Shown: positions 9,103-16,929 of the stretch, piece after piece | Position numbering within the stretch: the stretch's first letter is position 1 | Layout of the letters: the number at the start of each line of letters is the position of its first letter | Assembly: GCA_016699385.1 (NCBI GenBank) | Contig: CP064974.1 | Span: 758,654-804,790 of the forward strand | Direction of reading: 5' to 3' | Source of the DNA: Candidatus Moraniibacteriota bacterium | Lineage (GTDB): Bacteria > Patescibacteriota > Minisyncoccia > Moranbacterales > UBA1568 | DNA: 46,137 nucleotides | Position numbers and translations under genes: made by a program | The notes under the pieces: model-generated | Seen by the model: the letters and a program-made list of their open reading frames with translations, nothing else | Database searches by the model: none | Told to the model about the DNA's origin: nothing

Positions 9103-9132
9103 AACAAATCTTATCAAGAAGGGATATTGCTC

Positions 9133-10419
9133 ATGTCAAACGATGAGACAACTATTGAGTATTTCTCCGCCCTTTGGGATTGCGAATATTGCAAAACAAG
9201 AGATATTTTCGCTCGTAACCCAAGAAATCCCGAGCAACGAATCGATCACTGTCCAAACTGTGGCGCCGCTATCCCGGAGCCGATTGATGTTGAGACGAGG
9301 GGTCACGAAGGAAACCCCTACAAAACTCCGAGTGAAGGTCAATGGACACAACTCCTCGACGCTTTCTCCGCTCAACAAGGAGAAGCCGGCCCGGATTGGC
9401 CATGCGAGTCCTGTTCCTCACTGAATTCCGATCTCCATTCCCACTGCGTCAGTTGCGGGCATTCGCGAGGAGAAGACCCGAGGGAAAAAGAAGTCACGGA
9501 AGACACCATGGGCAGAGAAGTCACAGCGAGGGACACTCCTTCCTCTACGGAAGAACGACCTCCGCAAGAAGCCATCCCACCACATCTCTCCAAAAGAGAT
9601 GCGGGGATCGAGCAAGAAACATGTCGGCATGAACCGACCGTTTCGAGCCACGGGCATCATCGCTCGAAAGCGCTCCCCATATCTGTGTGTTTCGCGGCTC
9701 TTGCCACTTGCATATGGTTGGTCTGGTTTTTCTTTTTCTCGGCTTCCGACGTGCAGGTGGAAGTAACCGGTCTTTCATGGGAAAGAAAAATCGCCGTGGA
9801 GGATTTTGCTCCCCGCCAAAGCGGAGCATGGAAAGGTACTGTTCCTTCCGATGCTTACAATGAGCAGGAAACTCGAAAAGTCCATCATTACAACAAGGTC
9901 CAAACCGGGACAAAGGTTGTCAAACACCAGCGATCGCGGCGCGTCCAGTCCGGCACTCGGCAGGAATGCTCGACGGAAAACAAAGGGAACGGCATCATCA
10001 AGCGAACCTGTCACAGTGTTCCCGAGTACAAAACGGAATACTACGCCGATCGCGATATCGAACCGGTATACCGCGATGACCCCGTGTACGAAACATGGGT
10101 GGACTACACCGTCAATCGATGGAAGTTTTCTCGGTGGATCACGGCATCCGGCAACAATCACGATGCTCACTGGCCCGAAACCCTGATTCATCCGGCTCAT
10201 TCGGCAATACCGAACATCGGAGACGAGCGTCTGGGCGAACGGACTGAACACTACACTGTCCGCTTACGCGAAATAGACTCGGATGAACCCCGCGTATGGA
10301 ACGAGACAGTGTTCCTCTCTCGATGGCAGCAATTCTCCATCGGCGAAAGCTTCGTCATACACACCAACCGCATAGGGACAATCCTCGGGTCACTGGAAGC
10401 AACAGCTTCCTCACCCTAA
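9133..10419 (+). CDS. Zinc-ribbon membrane protein (N-terminal double CxxC ribbons, one TM, about 190-aa C-terminal domain; hypothetical)
   Basis: ATG at 9133. CEYC..CPNC and CESC..CVSC pairs, TM helix LPISVCFAALATCIWLVWFFFF, then a Trp/Tyr-rich C-terminal domain. The upstream part of ORF 8926-10419 overlaps the VOC gene start and was rejected. Confidence 0.7.
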   Translation: MSNDETTIEYFSALWDCEYCKTRDIFARNPRNPEQRIDHCPNCGAAIPEPIDVETRGHEGNPYKTPSEGQWTQLLDAFSAQQGEAGPDWPCESCSSLNSDLHSHCVSCGHSRGEDPREKEVTEDTMGREVTARDTPSSTEERPPQEAIPPHLSKRDAGIEQETCRHEPTVSSHGHHRSKALPISVCFAALATCIWLVWFFFFSASDVQVEVTGLSWERKIAVEDFAPRQSGAWKGTVPSDAYNEQETRKVHHYNKVQTGTKVVKHQRSRRVQSGTRQECSTENKGNGIIKRTCHSVPEYKTEYYADRDIEPVYRDDPVYETWVDYTVNRWKFSRWITASGNNHDAHWPETLIHPAHSAIPNIGDERLGERTEHYTVRLREIDSDEPRVWNETVFLSRWQQFSIGESFVIHTNRIGTILGSLEATASSP

Positions 10420-10444
10420 GGAAATGCCTCACAGAACCACAAAA

Positions 10445-10474
10445 CTCCTCTCTGGATCCGGACAGGGGTTTTTT
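10445..10474 (+). terminator. Rho-independent terminator (copy B of the duplicated terminator module)
   Basis: CUCCUCUCUGG..CCGGACAGGGG hairpin followed by UUUUUU. The sequence is closely similar to 8471-8520. The stop codon of the convergent gene (10473-10475) lies in the T-tract. Confidence 0.5.
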
Positions 10475-11144
10475 ATTTCGAGAAAAGCTCATTCTTGTTT
10501 GTACGAGAATCATTATTCGGAGGATTAAGTTTTACATTACCGAAGAATCCCATTACAGCGGCAATCAAAATCACAAAAGCAGTAAGCATCAATAATTTGT
10601 AATATCTCTTACTCCAATCAGCATCCTTTTCAGATTTTCTAGGTAGAATAAGAAAGAATATCTGGAGAAAGAAAGCGCAAATTCCACCAAGTAGAGTAGA
10701 AAATATTATCGCCGAAACAAGATCAGATACTGTGCTGAAAATTTGAATATTAATAGAAAGAAAAGTAAAAAGCGCAACAAAAACTCCCAAAGTTTCTATG
10801 GTACGAGTTTCCCTTCCTTCCAGCTTATCCAAATCTTTCTTAAATGCACTTAGTTCACCTTTGATTTCACTGATGTCACTTTTCAACTTTTCAGACTCTT
10901 TCTCGCTCTCAGCTAAAAGCCTTTTAAGTCTTCTAAAATCACGAATAGTCTTCTCAATCTCCTCAATACGTTTGTTATATTTTGAACCTAATTCTGTAAA
11001 TTCTATAGATGGCTGACCACTTTCTAAAAATCGAACATTATCTTCTAATCGAAGACGACTCCCAATCGCTTTTTGAGAGAATACATCAACATTCTGTTCA
11101 CTTGTTCCTTCACCTGCACTATTTTCATCCGGCATATAATCCAT
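10473..11144 (-). CDS. Coiled-coil protein with three C-terminal TM helices (hypothetical; putative membrane effector)
   Basis: ATG at 11144 with GAGGA 10 nt upstream. Charged heptad-like region (EIEKTIRDFRRLKRLLAESEKESEKLKSDISEIKGELSAFKKDLDKLE), then TM segments LGVFVALFTFLSINIQIF, LVSAIIFSTLLGGICAFFLQIFFLIL and LLMLTAFVILIAAVMGFFG. Very AT-rich. Confidence 0.7.
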   Translation of the reverse strand: MDYMPDENSAGEGTSEQNVDVFSQKAIGSRLRLEDNVRFLESGQPSIEFTELGSKYNKRIEEIEKTIRDFRRLKRLLAESEKESEKLKSDISEIKGELSAFKKDLDKLEGRETRTIETLGVFVALFTFLSINIQIFSTVSDLVSAIIFSTLLGGICAFFLQIFFLILPRKSEKDADWSKRYYKLLMLTAFVILIAAVMGFFGNVKLNPPNNDSRTNKNELFSK

Positions 11145-11157
11145 CTTACGACATTCC

Positions 11158-11790
11158 TCAGAGGGACAACTGATTCAGAAATTTTACAATATTTCCTACA
11201 TCTTTTGTTTTATTATGGGCTTCTTCTAGAACATTTGTAATGAAACTTACATCTTGTTTTTTTATTTCATCCATGTACCTATTATTTACGTCAAAAGCCA
11301 CTTCTAGACTACGTAAATTATGATCAAATTTCACTGAAACATTATAATTAAATCGCTTATCCTCACTTACATAACTTATAGTTCGAGATTCTTTTGACAC
11401 ATCTAAATTAAATATTTTATCGAGTTGTTCATCAGATTCTTCCGCACCTGAAATGTCATATTCTCGAGAAAATATTGCCCCACAAAATTTCACTTTGCCA
11501 GCATTTTGAGCAACATTCTCTTGAAACATCTTGTTTCTCGCCTCAACTAGCACTTCAATAGTTTTCGTTAACTTATTCAGATCCGGACTTTCCTCATTAT
11601 TTCTTTGCAACTGAACTCTATTTGGCGATACTAACAATTCTGATTGAGAAGCACCTACTTTTATTTTCTTTACAGAGAATTCACCGATACTAAAAGCGTA
11701 CTCGGAAAGACCCTCCTGTTTATGAAGAAACTCAGCTACCAAATCAGCTGGATTATCAAACTCAACAGCAACGAGAATTGATTTATACAT
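11158..11790 (-). CDS. Hypothetical soluble protein (210 aa), AT-rich, coupled to the downstream coiled-coil/TM gene
   Basis: ATG at 11790 (the ORF-track start at 11805 is TTG). Uninterrupted frame with lysine/asparagine-rich composition. Its TGA lies 13 nt before the next ATG. Confidence 0.65.
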   Translation of the reverse strand: MYKSILVAVEFDNPADLVAEFLHKQEGLSEYAFSIGEFSVKKIKVGASQSELLVSPNRVQLQRNNEESPDLNKLTKTIEVLVEARNKMFQENVAQNAGKVKFCGAIFSREYDISGAEESDEQLDKIFNLDVSKESRTISYVSEDKRFNYNVSVKFDHNLRSLEVAFDVNNRYMDEIKKQDVSFITNVLEEAHNKTKDVGNIVKFLNQLSL

Positions 11791-11847
11791 AAATAAAATG
11801 CTCAATGCTTGTTACCACATCCCAACCAACTACCCACTACCACCCCC

Positions 11848-12870
11848 CTACTTCCACCCCTGACCCGTTATCCGCCAGACGATTTGTTCTTGTTGGACAT
11901 TGACGACGCCGCCGGGGGTTTGTTGGGGGACAATTTGTTGAAGTTTTTTGAATTCCATCGAGAGTCCGAAGAAATTGGACGCGTCGGCGGACTCGACAAA
12001 GGCGATGGTGTAGTCTTTGCGATTCTCACTCCGCCCGGCAATTTCTATTTCCGGATTCCACGGCTCGGTGAGATGCATCTCGGCATTGTAGGATTCATAG
12101 AGCGCGGAAAAGGTTTCGGCGAGCGCGGGGCTCGCCTCGACAATGGTCGAAACGCCCAAGTCCTCGCGCGCTTCTTTCCGCCCGATATAGTATTGGTGCG
12201 AATAGAGCTTCTCTGTAAAGTGTTCGATAATGTTCGCGATTTTTTCTTTGGTCATCGCGCGCAGGTGACTCTTGAGGAGCCGCTCGGCGAGAATCTTGAT
12301 GAGATTGTGCGTCCGATTCACATTGCCAAGAGCGAGGGGATGCACCGCGGGGGTCGCCTCCATAAATTTCATAAAGATATCGGCAAGCTTCTCGTCGCTC
12401 TTCACGCCGAATTTGTTCTTCGCGAGGTCGAAATAGCTCATCACCTCCTCGACCGAAATCGGAATGCGTCCTTCGGGATTCTTGGGATCGGCGGGATTGA
12501 AAAAGTTGGAGGTCGAGGGATCGATCGGTGAGAGTTCGCTCATATCGCTCATTACGATTTCGTCCGCACCGAGCGCGATCATCGTCGCCGCGGAGTGCGC
12601 CTTGTACGGCACGAGAACGGAAAATGTCTCGCAATATTCGCGGATCATCGAAACGAGACGCCACGGCACCATAGTGTCGCCGCCGGCGCTATAGAGGACG
12701 AGATCGATCCGCTTCGTCTTCCCGATCGCGCGAAGGCGCCGGCTCACAATGGGGATGATATCCATCGCGACCCGCGCATTGACCGGTCCCTGCCGATCAC
12801 TCGTCACGTACGCAATGACCCGCGACCCCCGCTCCCGCTCGATCGCCTCAAACAATTTTTTCCGTTCCAT
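11848..12870 (-). CDS. SDH-family Clp-fold serine protease (ClpP/SppA-like)
   Basis: ATG at 12870 (MERKKLFEAIERERGSRVIAYVTSDRQG). LVLYSAGGD and KAHSAATMIALGADEIVMSDMSELSPIDP resemble the serine dehydrogenase proteinase/Clp-fold family. Confidence 0.8.
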   Translation of the reverse strand: MERKKLFEAIERERGSRVIAYVTSDRQGPVNARVAMDIIPIVSRRLRAIGKTKRIDLVLYSAGGDTMVPWRLVSMIREYCETFSVLVPYKAHSAATMIALGADEIVMSDMSELSPIDPSTSNFFNPADPKNPEGRIPISVEEVMSYFDLAKNKFGVKSDEKLADIFMKFMEATPAVHPLALGNVNRTHNLIKILAERLLKSHLRAMTKEKIANIIEHFTEKLYSHQYYIGRKEAREDLGVSTIVEASPALAETFSALYESYNAEMHLTEPWNPEIEIAGRSENRKDYTIAFVESADASNFFGLSMEFKKLQQIVPQQTPGGVVNVQQEQIVWRITGQGWK

Positions 12871-12883
12871 AGACCTGTTCTGT

Positions 12884-12921
12884 AAAAAGAAAAACCGTTC
12901 CGGAAGTATATACCGGAACGG
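12884..12921 (-). terminator. Rho-independent terminator between the 373-aa gene and the protease gene
   Basis: Minus strand: CCGUUCCGG-UAUAUACUU-CCGGAACGG (9-bp perfect stem) followed by UUUUUCUUUUU. Confidence 0.65.
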
Positions 12922-12956
12922 CATGAGAGACAAGAATCATCAGTAAAATTTCGAGA

Positions 12957-14078
12957 TCACTTCATCTTTGCAAGAGTGTCGTCCTGAGCCCTTTTCTTTT
13001 CGTCAACTCTTTCTTTTTCTGCCACCTCTCTTGCATTGAACTCGTCTACGAGGGCGCTCAATCGATCGACAAGCTCCCGGTCATCACGAAACTCTGACAT
13101 CCATTGCCGCGCCACTTCGACATCGCCCTCGCCGCTCACAGAAAACCTTCGCCAGTCATCCTTCCGATAGTCAACAACCAGGGTATGCAGAATCTGGTGA
13201 CGGAATCCGGAGTCGCTTCCCGAGAGAGCCCTCAACAGCTTCGGCAGTTTCCATCCCTCGATCAAGGGTTGTTCGGCGGTATGGTACTCCGCCAAAAAAC
13301 GCACCTGACTCTCGAATAACCCGAGAGGATAGAGCGGGACATCATCCCATACGAACCGGTTAATGATGCTCGCATAACAGACAAGCGCTTCCTCCCATTC
13401 TTCTCTCGGCTTCGATTGCCCGGCGATTTCCGCCCGAATGATATTCCTCATCTTCAAGTCCGCCTTCACCTTCCAGTACTCGGCAATATCCTTTGAGCGA
13501 AGGAGTTGCTCAAAAGGAGAGTACCCCGAAGCGTCCTCCATATTGGAAAACACGGAAATGTCCCGAAGCGAATAGAGACGAAAAAGCTTCTCCCCCTCTT
13601 CTTCGGAAAGAAGCGCGAGAAGCTCCAAAATGAACTTATTGTATGTCCACAGGACTTCATGCCATTTGTCCGGGATGGTGCAAAAGATCGTCATGCTCCG
13701 AGCTCTTTCAGCAAACGATTCTGGACGATCGCAAAAATCCTTCCTCAATTCGGAACAAAAATCGCACACGAGGTCTGCGCAATAGGAAAGGAGTTTGGGA
13801 GAAAGCACGCGGAGAGCGCAAAGAAATCTCTCCCCGCAATAGGGTTTGAGAGTAGTAGTGCCCCGCCAATACAACGGATTAAATTCATCCGACGGAACGA
13901 TTAACAAGAAGAGTGCCCGCTTTTTGAATGAATCCCGCACATCCGAACCGAGAAGCGAAACAAGACTGTTCCATTCCCCTCTCGAAATAGTGTCCACCCA
14001 CTCTTTCCAGATGGCATCCTCACCACGCGGAAAATGTGTCGCAAAAAACCGTTGAAGAGATACTATCGTATTTTTCAT
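12957..14078 (-). CDS. Hypothetical protein (373 aa), Trp/Cys-rich and predicted helical, with a charged coiled C-terminus
   Basis: Long uninterrupted ORF with coding-like composition and no motif I can assign. It has its own candidate promoter and terminator. Confidence 0.7.
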   Translation of the reverse strand: MKNTIVSLQRFFATHFPRGEDAIWKEWVDTISRGEWNSLVSLLGSDVRDSFKKRALFLLIVPSDEFNPLYWRGTTTLKPYCGERFLCALRVLSPKLLSYCADLVCDFCSELRKDFCDRPESFAERARSMTIFCTIPDKWHEVLWTYNKFILELLALLSEEEGEKLFRLYSLRDISVFSNMEDASGYSPFEQLLRSKDIAEYWKVKADLKMRNIIRAEIAGQSKPREEWEEALVCYASIINRFVWDDVPLYPLGLFESQVRFLAEYHTAEQPLIEGWKLPKLLRALSGSDSGFRHQILHTLVVDYRKDDWRRFSVSGEGDVEVARQWMSEFRDDRELVDRLSALVDEFNAREVAEKERVDEKKRAQDDTLAKMK

Positions 14079-14169
14079 TTAATCTATCCTCTCATTGCCT
14101 GTGAAATACTCAAAAACCCACCTATTCTTGAACAGCTCAATACTTTTCCGAGTTGTTAAAGAACATGTA

Positions 14170-14198
14170 TTTTTATCATACGAAAAAATTTTTGTCAA
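14170..14198 (-). promoter_or_regulatory. Candidate promoter for the 373-aa gene (TTGACA-17 nt-TAAAAA)
   Basis: Minus strand: TTGACA at 14198-14193, a 17-nt spacer, TAAAAA(T) at 14175-14170. Confidence 0.3.
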
Positions 14199-14200
14199 TG

Positions 14201-14233
14201 AAAACGACTCTGCCGATTAAAGACAGAGTCGTT
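14201..14233 (-). terminator. Terminator candidate after the distal pilin gene
   Basis: Minus strand: ACGACUCUG-ucuuuaaucgg-CAGAGUCGU (9-bp perfect stem) followed by a short U-run (UUUUCAUUG). Confidence 0.5.
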
Positions 14234-14253
14234 CCAATTTTTCCCTCCAAGCC

Positions 14254-14715
14254 TTACCGGCTCGTCAGGATCGTCATGCCGCCTTCGGCATTGCAGGCGC
14301 GGACTGTCACCATATTATTGGCATCGCGAACGATGGAATACCCCGTGAGTGCCACCGTGCCATTGGGATCAGTCGGAATGCTCTTGAGGTAGCTTCCAAG
14401 CGCCGTGCCGAGATCCACACAGTCCGTCGCTCCGGAAACCGCGCATCCGCCGGTTGCAATCGCGCAGCCGGTCGCCGCCGTGCCGATCTGCCGCTCCGTC
14501 GTCGTGATCGCCGCCGGGAACGTCCCCTTGGTATCGTTTACATAGGTATGCACCGCCGAGAGAATGTTTTGGATATCCGTCGTGCGTCGCGCATTTCTCG
14601 TATCTTGAAATCGCTTTGCCGGGTCGAGTGCCACAAAAACGACGACTGCCAATACGGCAAGCAAACCGATAACCAAGAGAATTTCCATGAGCGTAAAACC
14701 TTTCTGCTGTTTCAT
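14254..14715 (-). CDS. Type IV pilin / type II pseudopilin-like protein (prepilin N-terminal methylation motif)
   Basis: MKQQKGFTLMEILLVIGLLAVLAVVV = class III signal peptide (G|FTLxE). Four Cys in the globular part. Confidence 0.9.
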   Translation of the reverse strand: MKQQKGFTLMEILLVIGLLAVLAVVVFVALDPAKRFQDTRNARRTTDIQNILSAVHTYVNDTKGTFPAAITTTERQIGTAATGCAIATGGCAVSGATDCVDLGTALGSYLKSIPTDPNGTVALTGYSIVRDANNMVTVRACNAEGGMTILTSR

Positions 14716-14856
14716 ATGATTTTTCTTTTACGAAATTAGAGTAAATGACACCTTACGATACACAACTTCCTCGTGCGTCAAAACGAAAATTACAAAACAC
14801 CGTTATCTCATATCGTTTTTGTTTTTAACGGATAGAAAATAGAAAAAACTTTTTTG

Positions 14857-14865
14857 AGTATAGCA
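14857..14865 (-). promoter_or_regulatory. Candidate extended -10 element (TGcTATACT) upstream of the distal pilin gene
   Basis: Minus strand: TGCTATACT, located just downstream of the stop of the upstream pilin paralog. No good -35. Confidence 0.3.
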
Positions 14866-14883
14866 CAATTCTACAAAAAAGCA

Positions 14884-15369
14884 TTATCGGGATACGGAAA
14901 TATTCGTCCCACCTTCTGCAGAACAGGCTTTGACCGTCACAATGCCATTTGCATCAACTGCGACGGAATATTTCGTCAAAGCCGCCGTGCCGCCATTTGG
15001 ATCAAGAGGAATTGTCTTGAGATACTTCGCCAGTGTTGCAGAAAAATTAACGCAGTCTCCGGTTGCAGCGACAGCACAGCCACCCGTTGCAATGGCACAT
15101 CCGGAAACCGCGGTGCCAAGTTGTTTTTCGGTTGTTGTGAGACCTGCTGGCATTGCACCTTGATTATCCACGATATACGTTTGAATAGCCGAGAGAATCG
15201 ATTGCACATCGGTCGATCGTTTCGCATCGCGCACATCACGAAAGCGTTTCGCTGGATCGAGTGCCACCAAAACCACTGTCGCCAAGACAGCAATCATGCC
15301 GATAACCAAGAGGATCTCAATAAGCGTGAATCCACCAACTCGATTTCTTTCGTTACAAAGTACTTTCAT
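14884..15369 (-). CDS. Type IV pilin / pseudopilin-like protein, tandem paralog of 14254-14715
   Basis: RVGGFTLIEILLVIGMIAVLATVV prepilin motif. Collinear with the neighbour (ALDPAKRF.D.R.A.R.TD.Q.ILSA..TY, GCAIATGGCAV, ...V.AC.AEGG). Confidence 0.9.
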   Translation of the reverse strand: MKVLCNERNRVGGFTLIEILLVIGMIAVLATVVLVALDPAKRFRDVRDAKRSTDVQSILSAIQTYIVDNQGAMPAGLTTTEKQLGTAVSGCAIATGGCAVAATGDCVNFSATLAKYLKTIPLDPNGGTAALTKYSVAVDANGIVTVKACSAEGGTNISVSR

Positions 15370-15389
15370 ATATGGAGACTATTTTGAGC

Positions 15390-16874
15390 TCAAAGAGAAC
15401 CTGAAACATCGCTCCCAAGTACCAAGACGACATCTTCTCCAGCATCTTCCGATATATCTCGACGACGCTCAAGTGAGAAATCGAGTCCGGCATTCGCCAA
15501 GAGCTCATCGAGAAATTCTTCCGGAACCAATGCTTTGGCACGGACAAACGAGACTGCGTGTGATGATTCGGCCGTACGAATAGCTGAGATGACAAATTTT
15601 TCTGCCACGAGATCTTCCTTCAGATGCGATGCTGCGCCAGAAATACCACTTCCATTTTCAAGAACCACTCGGAAGCTCGCATGGGTAACCTCCGGCACGT
15701 CTTCTTCTGACGGCACACTAGCAGGCGAGGAAACTGACCCCTCATCCTTCGTATCAAGCGATGGCGCATCCTCTATCGAAGGAGTTTCCGACTGCTCAAG
15801 AGGAGTATTATCACGCATATTCAATGAAATTGCTTGCTTTTTCCGAAGAAGAATAATAGTGCCACCTCCAAGGAGCACCACTACCACAAAGAGCATCGCA
15901 AGCACTTTGGTCCGTCGAGGTATTTGCGCATATGCTGCTGTTTGCTGTCCAAGTAATCGCTCGGAAGACGTTCGTTCATCGAGCGCATGCGGACGAAATC
16001 GTTCGTTTGTTTTTGATTCAGTTTCGGATGATTCTTCTGTATCATCACCCTTCTCGACCACACTGAGTTCAACAGAAAGGACACTCGGATCATTTCCAGA
16101 CACATCCTTCTTCGTCGCCAGACCAAGAAGCGCACTCTTATCCGAAAATTCTATCGAGAACCCGGCGCGTTCAGCTTTTGTTCGATCAAAATTCACCAGA
16201 TCATTCTCCGTACACGAACCAGTAAAGAGAATCCGTGAAGATGAAAATCCAAATCGATCTTTCATGAAACGTCCGACACTCTCTACTGTCTCAAATGTCA
16301 ATTCCTGAAGTGATGTTGTACTCGAAAGCACCCGACCTCGCACAACACCCGCCACAAAGAAAAAGTCGCCTTTGTACACAAGAAGGAGGGGCTCTTCCCA
16401 ATCAACAAACAATCTCGCTACCGCACATGACTCCGGAAGTGTGACCGGTATACGAAACCCCGCTTCTTTGAGAGCGGGCACTACCACACGCGCAAACGAT
16501 GCGACCAGCGCCACAACTTGCACCGGTCGCCCGAGCGATATATCCGGCAAAGAAATTTCTTGGTAATCCCACGCGCTTTCCATGAGATTCTCCGGTATAA
16601 ATTTCTCTGCAAGATCCCGCACGGCGATGCGCTCCTCTTCCAGAGATGCGTAGTTCGCGTCTTTTGGCAAGAGAAATGTCGCAACATATGTAAACTGCTC
16701 ACCAACAAGCAGTCGCACATTGCGACCGAGTGCCGCACGCGCCGTCCCCAATACCGCTCTTACATTCTCAGTCGTCCAAGAAAGATTCACTATCTCATTC
16801 ACCTTCCCACTCCGAATAGAGAAGCCCCGTATGGCACTCGGCGTTATAAAGAGAATTTCTTTTGTATTAAACAT
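15390..16874 (-). CDS. PilM-like N-terminal domain / single TM / LytR_C C-terminal domain fusion protein
   Basis: The N-terminal half resembles PilM (VQVVALVASFARVVVPALKEAGFRIPVTLPESCAVARLF). TM helix KVLAMLFVVVVLLGGGTIILL. The C-terminus FRVVLENGSGISGAASHLKEDL...VVLVLGSDV fits the LytR/CpsA/Psr C-terminal (LytR_C) pattern. Confidence 0.7.
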   Translation of the reverse strand: MFNTKEILFITPSAIRGFSIRSGKVNEIVNLSWTTENVRAVLGTARAALGRNVRLLVGEQFTYVATFLLPKDANYASLEEERIAVRDLAEKFIPENLMESAWDYQEISLPDISLGRPVQVVALVASFARVVVPALKEAGFRIPVTLPESCAVARLFVDWEEPLLLVYKGDFFFVAGVVRGRVLSSTTSLQELTFETVESVGRFMKDRFGFSSSRILFTGSCTENDLVNFDRTKAERAGFSIEFSDKSALLGLATKKDVSGNDPSVLSVELSVVEKGDDTEESSETESKTNERFRPHALDERTSSERLLGQQTAAYAQIPRRTKVLAMLFVVVVLLGGGTIILLRKKQAISLNMRDNTPLEQSETPSIEDAPSLDTKDEGSVSSPASVPSEEDVPEVTHASFRVVLENGSGISGAASHLKEDLVAEKFVISAIRTAESSHAVSFVRAKALVPEEFLDELLANAGLDFSLERRRDISEDAGEDVVLVLGSDVSGSL

Positions 16875-16929
16875 AGAGTATCAACATACGAAGTCCAGTA
16901 TACACCCTCACGCGCAAAATATGCGACAT

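Noticed and set aside
8926-9132. N-terminal 69-codon extension of the zinc-ribbon ORF
   Set aside because: It overlaps the divergent VOC gene start and the promoter/hairpin region. It has no SD and non-coding-like composition. The ATG at 9133 begins the conserved-looking ribbon domain.
11809-12664. ORFs 11809-12531 (+, 240 aa) and 12095-12664 (-, 189 aa) overlapping the protease gene
   Set aside because: These are alternative-frame or antisense shadows of a gene with clear Clp-fold protease motifs. Their composition is Arg/Gly/Asp-rich and motif-free.
15535-16308. 257-aa plus-strand ORF antisense to the PilM-like/LytR_C gene
   Set aside because: Its Ser/Arg-rich shadow-frame composition argues against it. 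The minus frame carries the recognisable domains and fits the operon.
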